A DNA stretch of 64,000 nucleotides from Candidatus Obscuribacteraceae bacterium (GTDB lineage: Bacteria; Cyanobacteriota; Vampirovibrionia; Obscuribacterales; Obscuribacteraceae), in the NCBI GenBank assembly GCA_044226015.1, contig JBGAHS010000008.1, forward strand, positions 1 through 64,000, written 5' to 3'. Of the stretch, positions 20,280 to 30,386 are shown in pieces. The notes beneath the pieces were generated by a model. It was not told where the DNA came from. It did not search any database and saw only the letters and a program-made list of their open reading frames with translations. Position numbers and translations under genes: made by a program. Positions within the stretch are counted from its first letter, which is position 1; each line of letters starts with the position of its first letter.

Positions 20280-21512
20280 CTAACTTGGGTCTGGTGGAGA
20301 CTTTACTCTCGGAGCCCCGAGCTTCGCCAGTCCGACAGATTCGACAAAAGCATCAAGGTCAGGATGTTCTTTGAAATTTTCTTCCTGACTCACATGATTG
20401 GTCAGTGTGCCATAAAGTCGATTAATTACTTTCTTGACCTCAGGCTCAAATGGCTCAGGAAGGGCTTTCAGTTCATCAATGCAAATTTGCTTCCAATCTA
20501 GACTTGCGCGTTCTTTGGCTAGCTTTTGAGCTTGTTTCAAGCTCTTCTCCCAATGACTGTCGCGATAGACCTGGCGAATCATTTCCTTAGAAAGATGCGT
20601 TCCTTTATATAGCAAACGCAGCTCGTCAGGTCCGATGCTATCAGCCAAAAGAATTTCGCCATCAGCGACGATAAATTCAAACTTACCGTCCCACAGCTCG
20701 ATGCCACGTTTTCCAAATAAAGCAAAAATAGCAAGAGCTATAAGCTGTGCTTTGTCAATCAACTCGAGCATCTGTGGCGCACTGAGTCCAGACATCAAGA
20801 CGGCCTCTTGCAGGCTCAGAAGTCTGTCCTTCGGCTCAAGCTTAGTGTAAAACTCCAGCACCGGGCGGTCAAAAAACTTACCTTCTGTTGGAACTTGACT
20901 CAACCCCAAAACTGAGGCATAGGAAGGGTCTTTTGCCAGTCTCTCTTTGAGCGAACTGCCCTGCGGCATTCCAAATCGAAACACCACTTCTAGTGGCACA
21001 AGCCTCGATGACAGCGTCTGATCAACTGCCGGATAATGAAAAATGTTTTGCCCCAGAGCAAGCATCACTTGCGGCCGCTGCACTGCGGCTTTCTTAACTC
21101 TCATGTAGACATCTTCACACGATGACGCGGCTCTGTTCAGCGTCAATTTCTCACCGGCATCATTTACGAGTCCAGTGAAGTGAGAGTGTAGCCCTTTTGC
21201 CTTCAGTTCTTGAAAGGTTTTTGTGGCAAACAATCTCTGTACATATTCTTTATTGAGTTGAGTAAAATCACTTTCAGCAAGAGCAGACCATGTCTCTGGT
21301 TTGGCAAGATACTCAAAGAAGAAGGCACCAAAGACTGCTAAAGCCCGACCCTTATTTTCAATTGTTTCAGGCATTTTGCCCCAATCGAAGATTGAGTAAT
21401 CATCAGTGAATCCGAAGAGCAGCGTGTCATCTGTCGAAGATTCCCAGACGCGCTTAACCGAGCCTTCATATGCAAGTTTCAGCTTATTTTGCTCGGCAGT
21501 GCTCACGTTCAT
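20280..21512 (-). CDS. purC: SAICAR synthetase, long variant
   Basis: YEGSVK, FTDDYSIFDWG, PLEVVFR, YTKLE, DGKFEF, LADSIGPDELR; inside the pur operon. Confidence 0.88.
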   Translation of the reverse strand: MNVSTAEQNKLKLAYEGSVKRVWESSTDDTLLFGFTDDYSIFDWGKMPETIENKGRALAVFGAFFFEYLAKPETWSALAESDFTQLNKEYVQRLFATKTFQELKAKGLHSHFTGLVNDAGEKLTLNRAASSCEDVYMRVKKAAVQRPQVMLALGQNIFHYPAVDQTLSSRLVPLEVVFRFGMPQGSSLKERLAKDPSYASVLGLSQVPTEGKFFDRPVLEFYTKLEPKDRLLSLQEAVLMSGLSAPQMLELIDKAQLIALAIFALFGKRGIELWDGKFEFIVADGEILLADSIGPDELRLLYKGTHLSKEMIRQVYRDSHWEKSLKQAQKLAKERASLDWKQICIDELKALPEPFEPEVKKVINRLYGTLTNHVSQEENFKEHPDLDAFVESVGLAKLGAPRVKSPPDPS

Positions 21513-21517
21513 CTCCG

Positions 21518-22957
21518 TTATACAGTTTCGCTAAGAGTTTTGCCTCGATCAATATTTCTCTGCTCTTCAAAAGCTGAGCCGTGAGAAACATCAGTTGGAT
21601 AAGTATTGGTCAAACATCCGGTGCAGAGTCCACGCTGATTAAGTGCGCGTTTCAAGCCATCGAGAGACTGGTAAACAACGCGATCAACACCAAGTTCTTT
21701 CGCTATTTGTTCTTCGTCATGACCATATGCAACGAGTTCAGTGGTGCTCGGGAAATCAATTCCGTAATAACACGGGCTGGCGATAGGAGGACAGGTCGAC
21801 ACAAGTGTCACTTCACTTGCGCCAGCCGCTCGAATCAGCTTTACGATTTGAATTGCAGTGTTGCCTCTGACGATACTATCGTCAACGACCAGACAACGTT
21901 TTCCTGCAATTTCCTGCGCGATAGGGAAAAGCTTGCGCTTGATGGCAGCTTGCCTAGCTGACTGATCATCGAGCAAGAAGGTGCGCTGCACATAGCGATT
22001 CTTAATTAAGAGTTCTCGAAATGGCAAATTCAATGCTTCGGCGATGGCACCGCCGGCGATGCGACTGGTTTCTGGAATTGGAATAACAACATCAGCTTCG
22101 ATGCCGCGATTTCGCACTTCTTCAGCAAGAATCAAACCGAGGTCAAAGCGAGCCTTGTAAACGGAAGTGTTTCCGAACTGTGACTCAACTCGAGCGAAGT
22201 AAACCCACTCGAACATACACGGCGAGTAAGATTTCTGGTACAGCATCTTGCGCTCAACTCGACCGTCGATGGTGATAATTACAGCTTCTCCAGGTGTTAC
22301 TTCTTCGATTTCTGTATAACCAAGATAATCTAGCGCAACGGTTTCACTGGCAAAAGCATATGTCGCATCATCTCTCTTACCGAGAAACAGCGGACGCACA
22401 CCATTAGGATCTCTGAATCCAAAAACTGAACAGTTTTTCAAAAGACCGACAACAGCATAACTTCCAACCAGTTCCGCCATGGCGTAACCAATCGCTGCGA
22501 ATAAGGTTTCATTGTTCTGCGGTGACTCACCTTTCAAGAAAGTGGACATCAACTGAAGAATGACTTCAGAATCAGATTCGGAAGAGAACGTTATGTTCGG
22601 ATAAGTGCGCTGTAAGTCTTCTCTGAGATGGTAGCAATTTACGATATTGCCATTGTGACCAATTGCGATTCCCGAGTGACTGTCAAGGAATGGTTGAAGC
22701 AAATTGGGGTCGCGGCGCCCGATGGTGGCATAGCGGGTGTGACCGATCGCTGCCGGTCCACGTAACGCGCGGAAACTGCGCTCAGAAAATATGTTATCAA
22801 CGAGACCGGTGCCTTTTTGCACACTGAACTCGTTGCGCTTCGTGTCGACGGTGAGAATACCCGCGCCGTCTTGCCCCCTGTGCTGCAGGTTGAGAAGTCC
22901 GACAAATGCCTCATAAGCCGAGTCGTCAGTTCCGACTACTCCAATGAGACCGCACAT
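21518..22957 (-). CDS. purF: Amidophosphoribosyltransferase
   Basis: Start reassigned to MCGLIG (ATG 22957; N-terminal catalytic Cys); LQHRGQ, GHTRYAT, HNGN, VDDSIVRG, PCYYGID. Confidence 0.95.
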   Translation of the reverse strand: MCGLIGVVGTDDSAYEAFVGLLNLQHRGQDGAGILTVDTKRNEFSVQKGTGLVDNIFSERSFRALRGPAAIGHTRYATIGRRDPNLLQPFLDSHSGIAIGHNGNIVNCYHLREDLQRTYPNITFSSESDSEVILQLMSTFLKGESPQNNETLFAAIGYAMAELVGSYAVVGLLKNCSVFGFRDPNGVRPLFLGKRDDATYAFASETVALDYLGYTEIEEVTPGEAVIITIDGRVERKMLYQKSYSPCMFEWVYFARVESQFGNTSVYKARFDLGLILAEEVRNRGIEADVVIPIPETSRIAGGAIAEALNLPFRELLIKNRYVQRTFLLDDQSARQAAIKRKLFPIAQEIAGKRCLVVDDSIVRGNTAIQIVKLIRAAGASEVTLVSTCPPIASPCYYGIDFPSTTELVAYGHDEEQIAKELGVDRVVYQSLDGLKRALNQRGLCTGCLTNTYPTDVSHGSAFEEQRNIDRGKTLSETV

Positions 22958-23153
22958 AAGCAATTTCCCCGAATAAGTGAGAGGGACGGTCCAAATATAG
23001 GTTGAAAGCATACGCTGTTTCGGCGCAGGGAAAAGCGATTTCTCAGATTAATCTCAATAAAATTAACACGGTGATCTGTTTGCGCCCCGCTTTAGCAATT
23101 TAGTACATATCCGATCGACCTTGAAAAGAGCTGGAATCCAAGCGGAGAGTGTT

Positions 23154-23193
23154 CTCAAGCGACAGTCGCAAGGCGCGACATGCCGCACTTGAG
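23154..23193. other. Long hairpin between the glpQ 3' end and purF
   Basis: Minus strand CTCAAG-T-GCGGCA-T-GTCGC-GCCTT-GCGAC-TGTCGC-TTGAG folds into an extended stem; no U-tract. Confidence 0.45.
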
Positions 23194-23301
23194 TCACAAT
23201 CAGCAAAGAGATATTAAGAACAGGTGATTGAGAAAACTGCTCCCCCCCTGGAACGGCAGCAGATTCGACCTGCAGCTTCTCCAAGTCAAACCCGTTGACG
23301 C

Positions 23302-24402
23302 TTACTTACCCTCTCGAATTACTTCCAGGGCAGTATCAGGATTTTCACTAAACACTCCATCTACGCCTAATTCGTAAAACAGCTTATACTCTGCCATCGC
23401 ATTACCATAATTCTGCGCAGCCGCCGCAGGCTTACTTCTCAACTCAAGTGGCAAGAAGGAATTTTCATTTCTGAATGTCCACGGATGAACGACTAGTCCA
23501 GCCTTGTGCGCGTCAGTAACAACAGTGCTTGCGGCAGACAGACTTCCATCTGGCTTTCGTGGCAACAACAAATTTTTGCTAGGACCGATCCCCTGAGCAT
23601 ATTTTGCAATTCTTGCAAGCCCGGAGGGGCTGACCATTTCGGTGGCGGTAAGCGGCTCACGCGCGAGAATCATGTCATAAGGCTTGCCGTTTTCTTCGAT
23701 AAGCTGGACCAACGGCACCTTCGTTTTGTTATGCAAACTCTTCAAAGTGCTAGGTTCAAAACACTGAATAAAGACTGGCGACGATGCATCATTCAGCTTA
23801 TTTTCAGTAAGTACTTGTAAAAGCCGATCTTCCGTCGGCAGATTGATGCTGGCGAAATAGGTCGGGTGTTTCAACTCGGGGTAGATTCCTACAGTCTTGC
23901 CCAGCTCTAATCCACGTGCTTTTGCCAGATCAATGACTTCCTGAAATGTTGGAATCAGATAACGATCATTGTATATAGTATTGTGTTGCCTCAAAGAAGG
24001 CATGCGTTCTCTGGCATGCAGGGTCTGAAGTTCACGGTACGTGAAATCTTCAACAAACCAGCCCTCGACCGACTCTCCGTCAATCTTTTTCTTTGACTTT
24101 CTTGCAGCAAATTCTGGATGATCTGAAACATCAGTGGTTCCACTGATTTCGTTTTCATGCCGAGCAACAAGAACACCATCTTTTGTGGGAACGAGATCAG
24201 GCTCGATATAGTCCGCACCAAGACTGATTGCAAGATCATACGCCGCAAGAGTGTGCTCGGGACGATAGCCACTCGCGCCGCGATGGGCTATAACAATCGG
24301 GCGCTTACGGGAGGCACTTTCTTGCTGCGCCAAAGCTGACTGGACAAAAGCACAAATTGAGATGCAACTTAGCGCTATGCAAACAAATCGATGAACTGAC
24401 AT
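23302..24402 (-). CDS. glpQ: Secreted glycerophosphodiester phosphodiesterase
   Basis: IAHRGASG..PEHT, IEPDLV.TKDG, YPELK, HPWTFR, GVDGVFS; signal peptide after ATG 24402, GGAGAGG upstream. Confidence 0.9.
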   Translation of the reverse strand: MSVHRFVCIALSCISICAFVQSALAQQESASRKRPIVIAHRGASGYRPEHTLAAYDLAISLGADYIEPDLVPTKDGVLVARHENEISGTTDVSDHPEFAARKSKKKIDGESVEGWFVEDFTYRELQTLHARERMPSLRQHNTIYNDRYLIPTFQEVIDLAKARGLELGKTVGIYPELKHPTYFASINLPTEDRLLQVLTENKLNDASSPVFIQCFEPSTLKSLHNKTKVPLVQLIEENGKPYDMILAREPLTATEMVSPSGLARIAKYAQGIGPSKNLLLPRKPDGSLSAASTVVTDAHKAGLVVHPWTFRNENSFLPLELRSKPAAAAQNYGNAMAEYKLFYELGVDGVFSENPDTALEVIREGK

Positions 24403-24554
24403 ATAGCCTCTCCACGACACGCGCATATTAAGGTACTCAATTCCGGCGGAAAGATCCAGCAACTGCAGGATAATTTGAATCTACCGCTCGACTGGATGGA
24501 CAAATAGTTGCTGCTATAATCGCTAGGTTTCTCAGCCGGCCGGTTGAGCTGAAA

Positions 24555-25676
24555 GTGATCGCAATGAAAGATTTCAAAATAAGAGCCTGGCATTTGTTAT
24601 CAAGCGTAGCAATTTTGATAAGCATCTCTGGAATAGAGTGGAGCTGCAAGCCAGTCGATGCTGCCACCGGAAATGGTGCAATCAGCGGTTGGAAGATTCT
24701 CAATCTCGACATAGATCACAGCGTATCAGCCCAAAAAAAACTAGATTCCTATATAGATGACAGAAAAGACCTGTATGCCTCAGAGAAAGCCATCCGTTTA
24801 TGGACAGGCGCCAAAGGTCTAAAAGTTCTTCGTGGTGCTATAGCTGAGTGGCGCGCGAAGTATCCGCAAGATAACTGGCTCACATTCACCGGTTCGGGAG
24901 ATTTTCATCAGACAACAGCTACACTCATCGAATCTTTGCCGAAATCACAACAGCCGGTGACAATTATCCTTTTTGACAATCATCCCGATTGGTTTAAAGC
25001 ACCTGCACACTTTCACTGCGGCGCCTGGGTTGTGCAAGCTCTGAAGCACCCCTTTGTCGAAAAAGTAATTATGGTGGCACAAGACAGCGAAGATATCAGA
25101 GGAGATCAATTTAGATTTGCGCCTTTCAACGAACTTTGCAAAGGGCGCGTAGAAATGCATCCATTACAAAGACAGTCAGTTCTAGTTCCTCTAATATGGC
25201 GCTCTCGTGTCGCCGGAGTCGAGTCATCTAAGAGAACATGGCTGGGCACCAAACTCAATTTTGCAACCGTAAGAGGCGCCGGCGTTCAGCCTTTAGCAGA
25301 GCGATTAGCAAAGGAACTCGCAGGCAAAAATGTCTATGTGACAATGGACAAAGATGTTCTAGATTCCGCAGACGCCATCACAGATTGGGATCAAGGCACT
25401 CTCAAGCTTAGCGAAATGCTAGGAATTGTAAGCAAGGTTGCTGAGAAAGCAAATATTGTAGGAATGGACGTTTGTGGAGAGCGGGCACCAGGAGCGGTGC
25501 GGGGCATCTTAAAGAGTTTTGACTCAGGACGTGAGTTTAAGCGCAAGATAAAGAACTTCCCCGAAGCGACACAAGTTAATGAGCGAACCAACCTCGAAAT
25601 AATAAAACTCGTCCGATCAATTTCCGATGAACACAAACAAGTAAGCGGAACAATAGAACGCCCCTCAAAGAAATAG
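24555..25676 (+). CDS. Arginase/ureohydrolase-superfamily protein with hydrophobic N-terminus
   Basis: GSGDFH, FDNHPD, HCGAWV, YVTMDKD, TDWDQG, GMDVCGE metal-ligand pattern. Confidence 0.8.
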   Translation: MIAMKDFKIRAWHLLSSVAILISISGIEWSCKPVDAATGNGAISGWKILNLDIDHSVSAQKKLDSYIDDRKDLYASEKAIRLWTGAKGLKVLRGAIAEWRAKYPQDNWLTFTGSGDFHQTTATLIESLPKSQQPVTIILFDNHPDWFKAPAHFHCGAWVVQALKHPFVEKVIMVAQDSEDIRGDQFRFAPFNELCKGRVEMHPLQRQSVLVPLIWRSRVAGVESSKRTWLGTKLNFATVRGAGVQPLAERLAKELAGKNVYVTMDKDVLDSADAITDWDQGTLKLSEMLGIVSKVAEKANIVGMDVCGERAPGAVRGILKSFDSGREFKRKIKNFPEATQVNERTNLEIIKLVRSISDEHKQVSGTIERPSKK

Positions 25677-25730
25677 CGGGAGTTCGGGGCTCATTGAAAA
25701 AATAGGATCAAGCCCAGAATCAAGCGCGAT

Positions 25731-27176
25731 CTAACGCCCAGAGGCTTGCATTGCGTTCGCCTGAGTTACACTAACATTGTCTATAATGATGGGTGAGAAG
25801 TCTAGTTTGCCGAAACGAATCTCAATGGCAGTTCCTAGCCCCGATGGTCCTTCCTTGAGGAAGATCTCCGCCTCATGTGCCTCCGCAATTTCTCGCACGA
25901 TAGCAAGACCCAAACCGCTTCCGCTCACGTGGTTTCCGAGCACCCGATAAAATCGTTCAAAAACGAGTTCGCGCTCTGCCGACGGAATTCCAGGTCCGTT
26001 ATCTTCCACTGAAAGACTTGCTCCATCAGAAGAGCTAGCAACCTTTATCGTCACACGTCCGCCCTTCTGAGTATAAAGAACGGCATTTTCCAAAAGGTTG
26101 AAAACCATCTCGTAGAGGCTTGCCCTATCACCATTTACAATGACAGCCGAGATTGCCCCCTCGAAACCGAGGTCGATTTTCTTCGCGATAGCTTGACCAA
26201 TAATTTCGTTGCAAGCATCTTTCGCAACCGCATTGAGGTCAATTGCTTCTCTGGCGATATTTTTGAAAACAGCTGGCTCAACGCGAGCAAGCGCCAGCAA
26301 CTGTTGCGCTAACCTTGTTGCGCGTTTTGCACTGGTGTTGATATGCCGCAGCGATTCCTGAATCTCCTCCTGATCTTTCTGGCGAAGTGCCAACTCTGTT
26401 TGCGTTTTCAAACCGGCAAGCGGAGTTCGCAACTGATGCGCCGCATTGGAAAGGAAACGCTTATGCGCTTCTCTATCTTCTTGCAAACGCTGCAATAGAC
26501 CATTGATGGAAACAACTAGAGGTTTAACCTCTTTAGCGACATTAACAGAAAGCGGTCTCAAATCACCTGGATTGCGGCGCTCAACAGCCTCTCGCAACTT
26601 GCCTAGAGGACGCAAGCCTCGGGTAACTCCAATCCACACAGCCAAGGCTGCTAGCCCAATCAATATGACCTGGGGAATCAAAACACCAAGGAAAATGCTC
26701 TGCGTCAGTTGCATTCTGCCTTTTATGGTCTCAGCGACCTTAATTACAATGTGTTTCCTGTTTTGAAGAGGAACTTCGATAGCACCACAGCGCACGGGAA
26801 ACCCTTCAATGGTGCTGTCATAAAAGACAGGTTCGGCACCCACTTCTTCGTCTTCAGGCAAATTTGGAATGTAAGCATCACCACTGATGATACTACCATC
26901 AGCACCTATAATTTGATAATACGTGTTGTCTTTATCACCGTGCTTTAGAATTGCCCTTGCAGCGGGCGGCATATCAACTGTAAGTTGGGACGATTTGAAG
27001 ACCAATCGATTCGCAACAGAGTGAGCAACATCCAACAAGGCATCATCGTATGCATCAGTGGCAAAATCCACAGCCAGCGCGTAAGTGACTCCGGCTCCGA
27101 TAAAGCACAATGTTGTAATCGGCAAAAGTAGCCAGGTAAGAAGGTGTCTTCGAATAGATGACGTGAATGGCTTCAT
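25731..27176 (-). CDS. Sensor histidine kinase (TctE/QseC-like, two TM)
   Basis: H-box NAAHQLRTPL, N-box NLLENA, EDNGPGI, FERFYR, GSGLGLAIV; overlaps the regulator stop. Confidence 0.92.
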   Translation of the reverse strand: MKPFTSSIRRHLLTWLLLPITTLCFIGAGVTYALAVDFATDAYDDALLDVAHSVANRLVFKSSQLTVDMPPAARAILKHGDKDNTYYQIIGADGSIISGDAYIPNLPEDEEVGAEPVFYDSTIEGFPVRCGAIEVPLQNRKHIVIKVAETIKGRMQLTQSIFLGVLIPQVILIGLAALAVWIGVTRGLRPLGKLREAVERRNPGDLRPLSVNVAKEVKPLVVSINGLLQRLQEDREAHKRFLSNAAHQLRTPLAGLKTQTELALRQKDQEEIQESLRHINTSAKRATRLAQQLLALARVEPAVFKNIAREAIDLNAVAKDACNEIIGQAIAKKIDLGFEGAISAVIVNGDRASLYEMVFNLLENAVLYTQKGGRVTIKVASSSDGASLSVEDNGPGIPSAERELVFERFYRVLGNHVSGSGLGLAIVREIAEAHEAEIFLKEGPSGLGTAIEIRFGKLDFSPIIIDNVSVTQANAMQASGR

Positions 27177-27853
27177 GACTGGTCATCCTGCTCGCTTTCC
27201 AGGACATAACCTAGTCCGCGAATCGTTCGAACGGACAAGCCGTAAGACTCAATTTTTTTGCGCAGACGATGAATGAGAACCTCGACTGCATTCTGGCTGA
27301 CTTCTTCGTCAAATCCGTACATGTGCTCAAGCAACTTCTCTTTTGCAACAATTTTGCCTGGACGCTGCAAGAGCAGCTCAAATACAGCTAGTTCTCTGGC
27401 GGAAAAATCTATTGCTTCACCCGAGATTGTGATCGAACGCGAAACGGTATCCATTCGAACCGGTCCATAAATAATTTCTGGTTCAGCACCAAAATGGCTT
27501 CGGCGAATCAGGGCTCGAACCCGCGCCTCGAGTTCGGGAAGATCAAAAGGCTTGGTCATATAGTCGTCTGCGCCCAGGTCTAAGCCAGATACACGATCTT
27601 CCAGTGCATCTCTAGCCGTAACGATGAGTACAGGGAATCGCTTGCCAGCGCTGCGCATGCGCTTCAGCACTTCGAACCCTTCCATGTGAGGCAAACCTAA
27701 ATCCAGTATCGCCAGATCGAACGGTGCAGTCTTAATAGCTACATCAGCATCAGCACCAGAAGATACGTGATCGACTGTATATCCGCATTGTCTCAGCGCT
27801 TTGCTGATTCCATCGGACAACACCTCATCATCTTCGGCAAGAAGAATACGCAT
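27173..27853 (-). CDS. OmpR-family response regulator (TctD/QseB-like)
   Basis: LLAEDD, LDLGLP, GADDYMTKPF, winged helix VEVLIHRLRKK..TIRGLGY. Confidence 0.94.
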   Translation of the reverse strand: MRILLAEDDEVLSDGISKALRQCGYTVDHVSSGADADVAIKTAPFDLAILDLGLPHMEGFEVLKRMRSAGKRFPVLIVTARDALEDRVSGLDLGADDYMTKPFDLPELEARVRALIRRSHFGAEPEIIYGPVRMDTVSRSITISGEAIDFSARELAVFELLLQRPGKIVAKEKLLEHMYGFDEEVSQNAVEVLIHRLRKKIESYGLSVRTIRGLGYVLESEQDDQS

Positions 27854-27979
27854 TATTTCTCCGCAAGCTCAGACGAACTTAATCTACATCGCAATGCCTT
27901 TGAACACCTAATTTTACCTGATGTCAGCAGCAGAGAGGCGAGAGGAAATTAAGACTCAGAGAATCTTCATACAGTTGAA

Positions 27980-28012
27980 TGTAAGCTTCGTGAAAGCAAG
28001 CTTGGATATTCT
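27980..28012 (+). promoter_or_regulatory. Direct-repeat box TGTAAG-N5-TGAAAG plus -10 TATTCT upstream of the aminotransferase
   Basis: 11-bp-period repeat; -10 starts 16 nt after the start of the second half-site; same geometry at 30817. Confidence 0.6.
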
Positions 28013-28068
28013 GCAAGCTGACTTAGTATCCTTAACTTTCGCTCAAGAAAGCACAAAAGAAGGCATTT

Positions 28069-29541
28069 ATGACCAATACGAACACTACCGTGACGTCCGA
28101 CCAGTTAGAAAAAGAATGCCCCGGACTCCGGTTTGACCCGATGTCTGCCGAGGAATCCGCAAAAGTTAAAAAAGCAGAAGACGAGCTTCTTGAGGTGGAG
28201 TCCAAGGTGTGTTCGTACGGCGACACAGTGCACTATGCAGAGCGCCCAAACTTTTTTGAAACATGTGAAGGCAGTTTCTTATACGACGGTCATAAACAAC
28301 CGTTTCTGGACCTTCAGATGTGGTATTCAGCGGTAAATCTTGGTTATTCAAACAAGAGAATCAATGATGCACTGAAAAATCAAATCGACAAACTACCGCA
28401 ACTCGCATGCCAGTACCTGCACAAAGAAAAGGTGCATCTGGCAGACAAATTGGTTTCTAGTATCAAACGCAGTTTCGGCAAGGAAGGTCGCGTACACTTT
28501 AACGTTGGTGGTGCACAAGCGGTAGAAGATGCCCTCAAGCTTGTTCGCAAGCATACAGGCAAGAGCAAGATGCTTGCATTTGAGGGAGGCTATCACGGAC
28601 GCACCCTCGCGGCTTCATCGATCACATCTTCATACAGATATCGTGAGGCTTATGGAGAGTTCGGCGATCGCGCAGAATTCGTTCCATTCCCATACTGCTT
28701 CCGCTGCCCCTACGGCAAAAAAGTAGACTCCTGCGAAATGTACTGTATGCAGCAAATCGAACGCAAATTCGAGCATGAATACACATCATGGTGGAACCCT
28801 AAAACAAAGAAAGCTGAATTCGGAGCATTCTTCGTTGAGATTATCCAGGGGACAGGCGGTTACATCATTCCACCGAAGGGATACATGGAGCGCCTGGCAA
28901 AACTCTGTCGCGACCACGGAATTCTCTTCATCGATGACGAAATTCAGATGGGCTTCTATCGCACAGGAAAACTCTGGGCGATGGAACATGTCGACAGCTA
29001 TGCAGACGTTATGGTCTTCGGAAAAGCTCTTACAAATGGCTTAAATCCACTCTCTGGTATTTGGGCAAAAGAAGAATTGATCAGCCCCGATAAATTTGGA
29101 CCGGGCTCGACCCATTCTACTTTCTCGTCAAATTCGCTAGGCACCGCTGTCGGACTTGAAGTTATGAAGACATTCGAAGAGGGTGACTATGCCACCAGCG
29201 TTCCAGAAAAAGGAAAGTACTTCCTCAACATTCTGAAAGACCTGGAGAAGAAACATAAAGAAGTAGGCGACGTTGATGGACTCGGTCTGGCACTCCGCAT
29301 GGAAATGTGTGAGGCAGACGGTTACACCGCAAGCCGCAGACTTGCAGACGCTATGTTCCAGAAAGGGCTTGACGGCAATCTTTCATACGCTGGTCAAAAG
29401 ATGGGACTTATTCTAGACATTGGTGGCTACTACAAAAACGTGATCACATTGGCACCATCATTGGAAATCACATACAGAGAAATGGATATGGCTCACGATC
29501 TTCTCGATCAGCTGATCACATCGTGTAAGAAAGACCTATAA
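28069..29541 (+). CDS. Class-III PLP aminotransferase
   Basis: GGAQAVEDALK, FEGGYHGRT, EIIQGTGG, DDEIQMGFYRTG, VFGKAL (PLP Lys), HSTF. Confidence 0.92.
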   Translation: MTNTNTTVTSDQLEKECPGLRFDPMSAEESAKVKKAEDELLEVESKVCSYGDTVHYAERPNFFETCEGSFLYDGHKQPFLDLQMWYSAVNLGYSNKRINDALKNQIDKLPQLACQYLHKEKVHLADKLVSSIKRSFGKEGRVHFNVGGAQAVEDALKLVRKHTGKSKMLAFEGGYHGRTLAASSITSSYRYREAYGEFGDRAEFVPFPYCFRCPYGKKVDSCEMYCMQQIERKFEHEYTSWWNPKTKKAEFGAFFVEIIQGTGGYIIPPKGYMERLAKLCRDHGILFIDDEIQMGFYRTGKLWAMEHVDSYADVMVFGKALTNGLNPLSGIWAKEELISPDKFGPGSTHSTFSSNSLGTAVGLEVMKTFEEGDYATSVPEKGKYFLNILKDLEKKHKEVGDVDGLGLALRMEMCEADGYTASRRLADAMFQKGLDGNLSYAGQKMGLILDIGGYYKNVITLAPSLEITYREMDMAHDLLDQLITSCKKDL

Positions 29542-29604
29542 GTTCGCAAGCTCAAACTGATTTAGCAGCGGCGAGCAGAAAGCTTGCTAAAGGAACTGGA
29601 AGCA

Positions 29605-30345
29605 ATGAAAAATCGAATTCTGGTTTACTGCGATTTTGATGGCACCATCACTACTCGCGATACCGTGGATGTTCTCTTGAGTGAGCTCGCAGACCCAGAG
29701 TGGGAAGCTATCGAAGAACAATGGGTTCGTGGAGAGATAAGCGGAAGAGAGTGTATGGCACGGCAAATTCCGCTCATTCGAGGTGGATGGAAGCGTGTTC
29801 AAGCAATTCTAGATGGTTTGACCATAACACCGGGCGCTGCTGAATTCGTTGAATGGTGCAGAAGTAGCCACATTCCATTTGTTGTTGTCAGCGACGGCAT
29901 GGACAAAGTAATTAACTACATTCTCCAAAAGAATGGTATCAATGCTGATGCCGTGTTTGCCAACCATCTTATTGAATCTGCAAGCGGTGAGTTTAGCTTA
30001 CAAGCATCCGCTCGCCCAAGACTAGCTGGCTGCCAATCTGGCGTATGCAAATGTCAGATTGTTGGACAGCAAGGTTATCAACTCATCAGAGTGGTTATCG
30101 GAGACGGGCGAAGCGACTTCTGCTGGTCAAAAGAAGCTGATCTACTTTATGCCAAACACAAACTAGTAGACCACGCCATCGCAAACGGTATCGGCCACAA
30201 TGTGTTCGATACCTTCCACGACATAAAGGCATCACTCTCAGAAGTTAAAGAGGGAAAGACTGCACAAGTCATTTTCAACAAGCCGCTTCAGACTTTCGTT
30301 GCAGGTCTCCCGAGCACACAGTCTGTTGAGTCATTCAATCAATAG
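29605..30345 (+). CDS. MtnX-like HAD-IB phosphatase
   Basis: CDFDGTIT, VVSDG, CKC, IGDGRSDFC; ATG at 29605. Confidence 0.88.
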   Translation: MKNRILVYCDFDGTITTRDTVDVLLSELADPEWEAIEEQWVRGEISGRECMARQIPLIRGGWKRVQAILDGLTITPGAAEFVEWCRSSHIPFVVVSDGMDKVINYILQKNGINADAVFANHLIESASGEFSLQASARPRLAGCQSGVCKCQIVGQQGYQLIRVVIGDGRSDFCWSKEADLLYAKHKLVDHAIANGIGHNVFDTFHDIKASLSEVKEGKTAQVIFNKPLQTFVAGLPSTQSVESFNQ

Positions 30346-30386
30346 ATAGCACCTTCCAAACTAGTTGGTCGCTAGTCGCGGAGCTG

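Noticed and set aside
22958..23011. N-terminal extension of PurF in the ORF track
   Set aside because: PurF needs Cys at the mature N-terminus; MCG at 22957 fits, although a short propeptide cannot be fully excluded.
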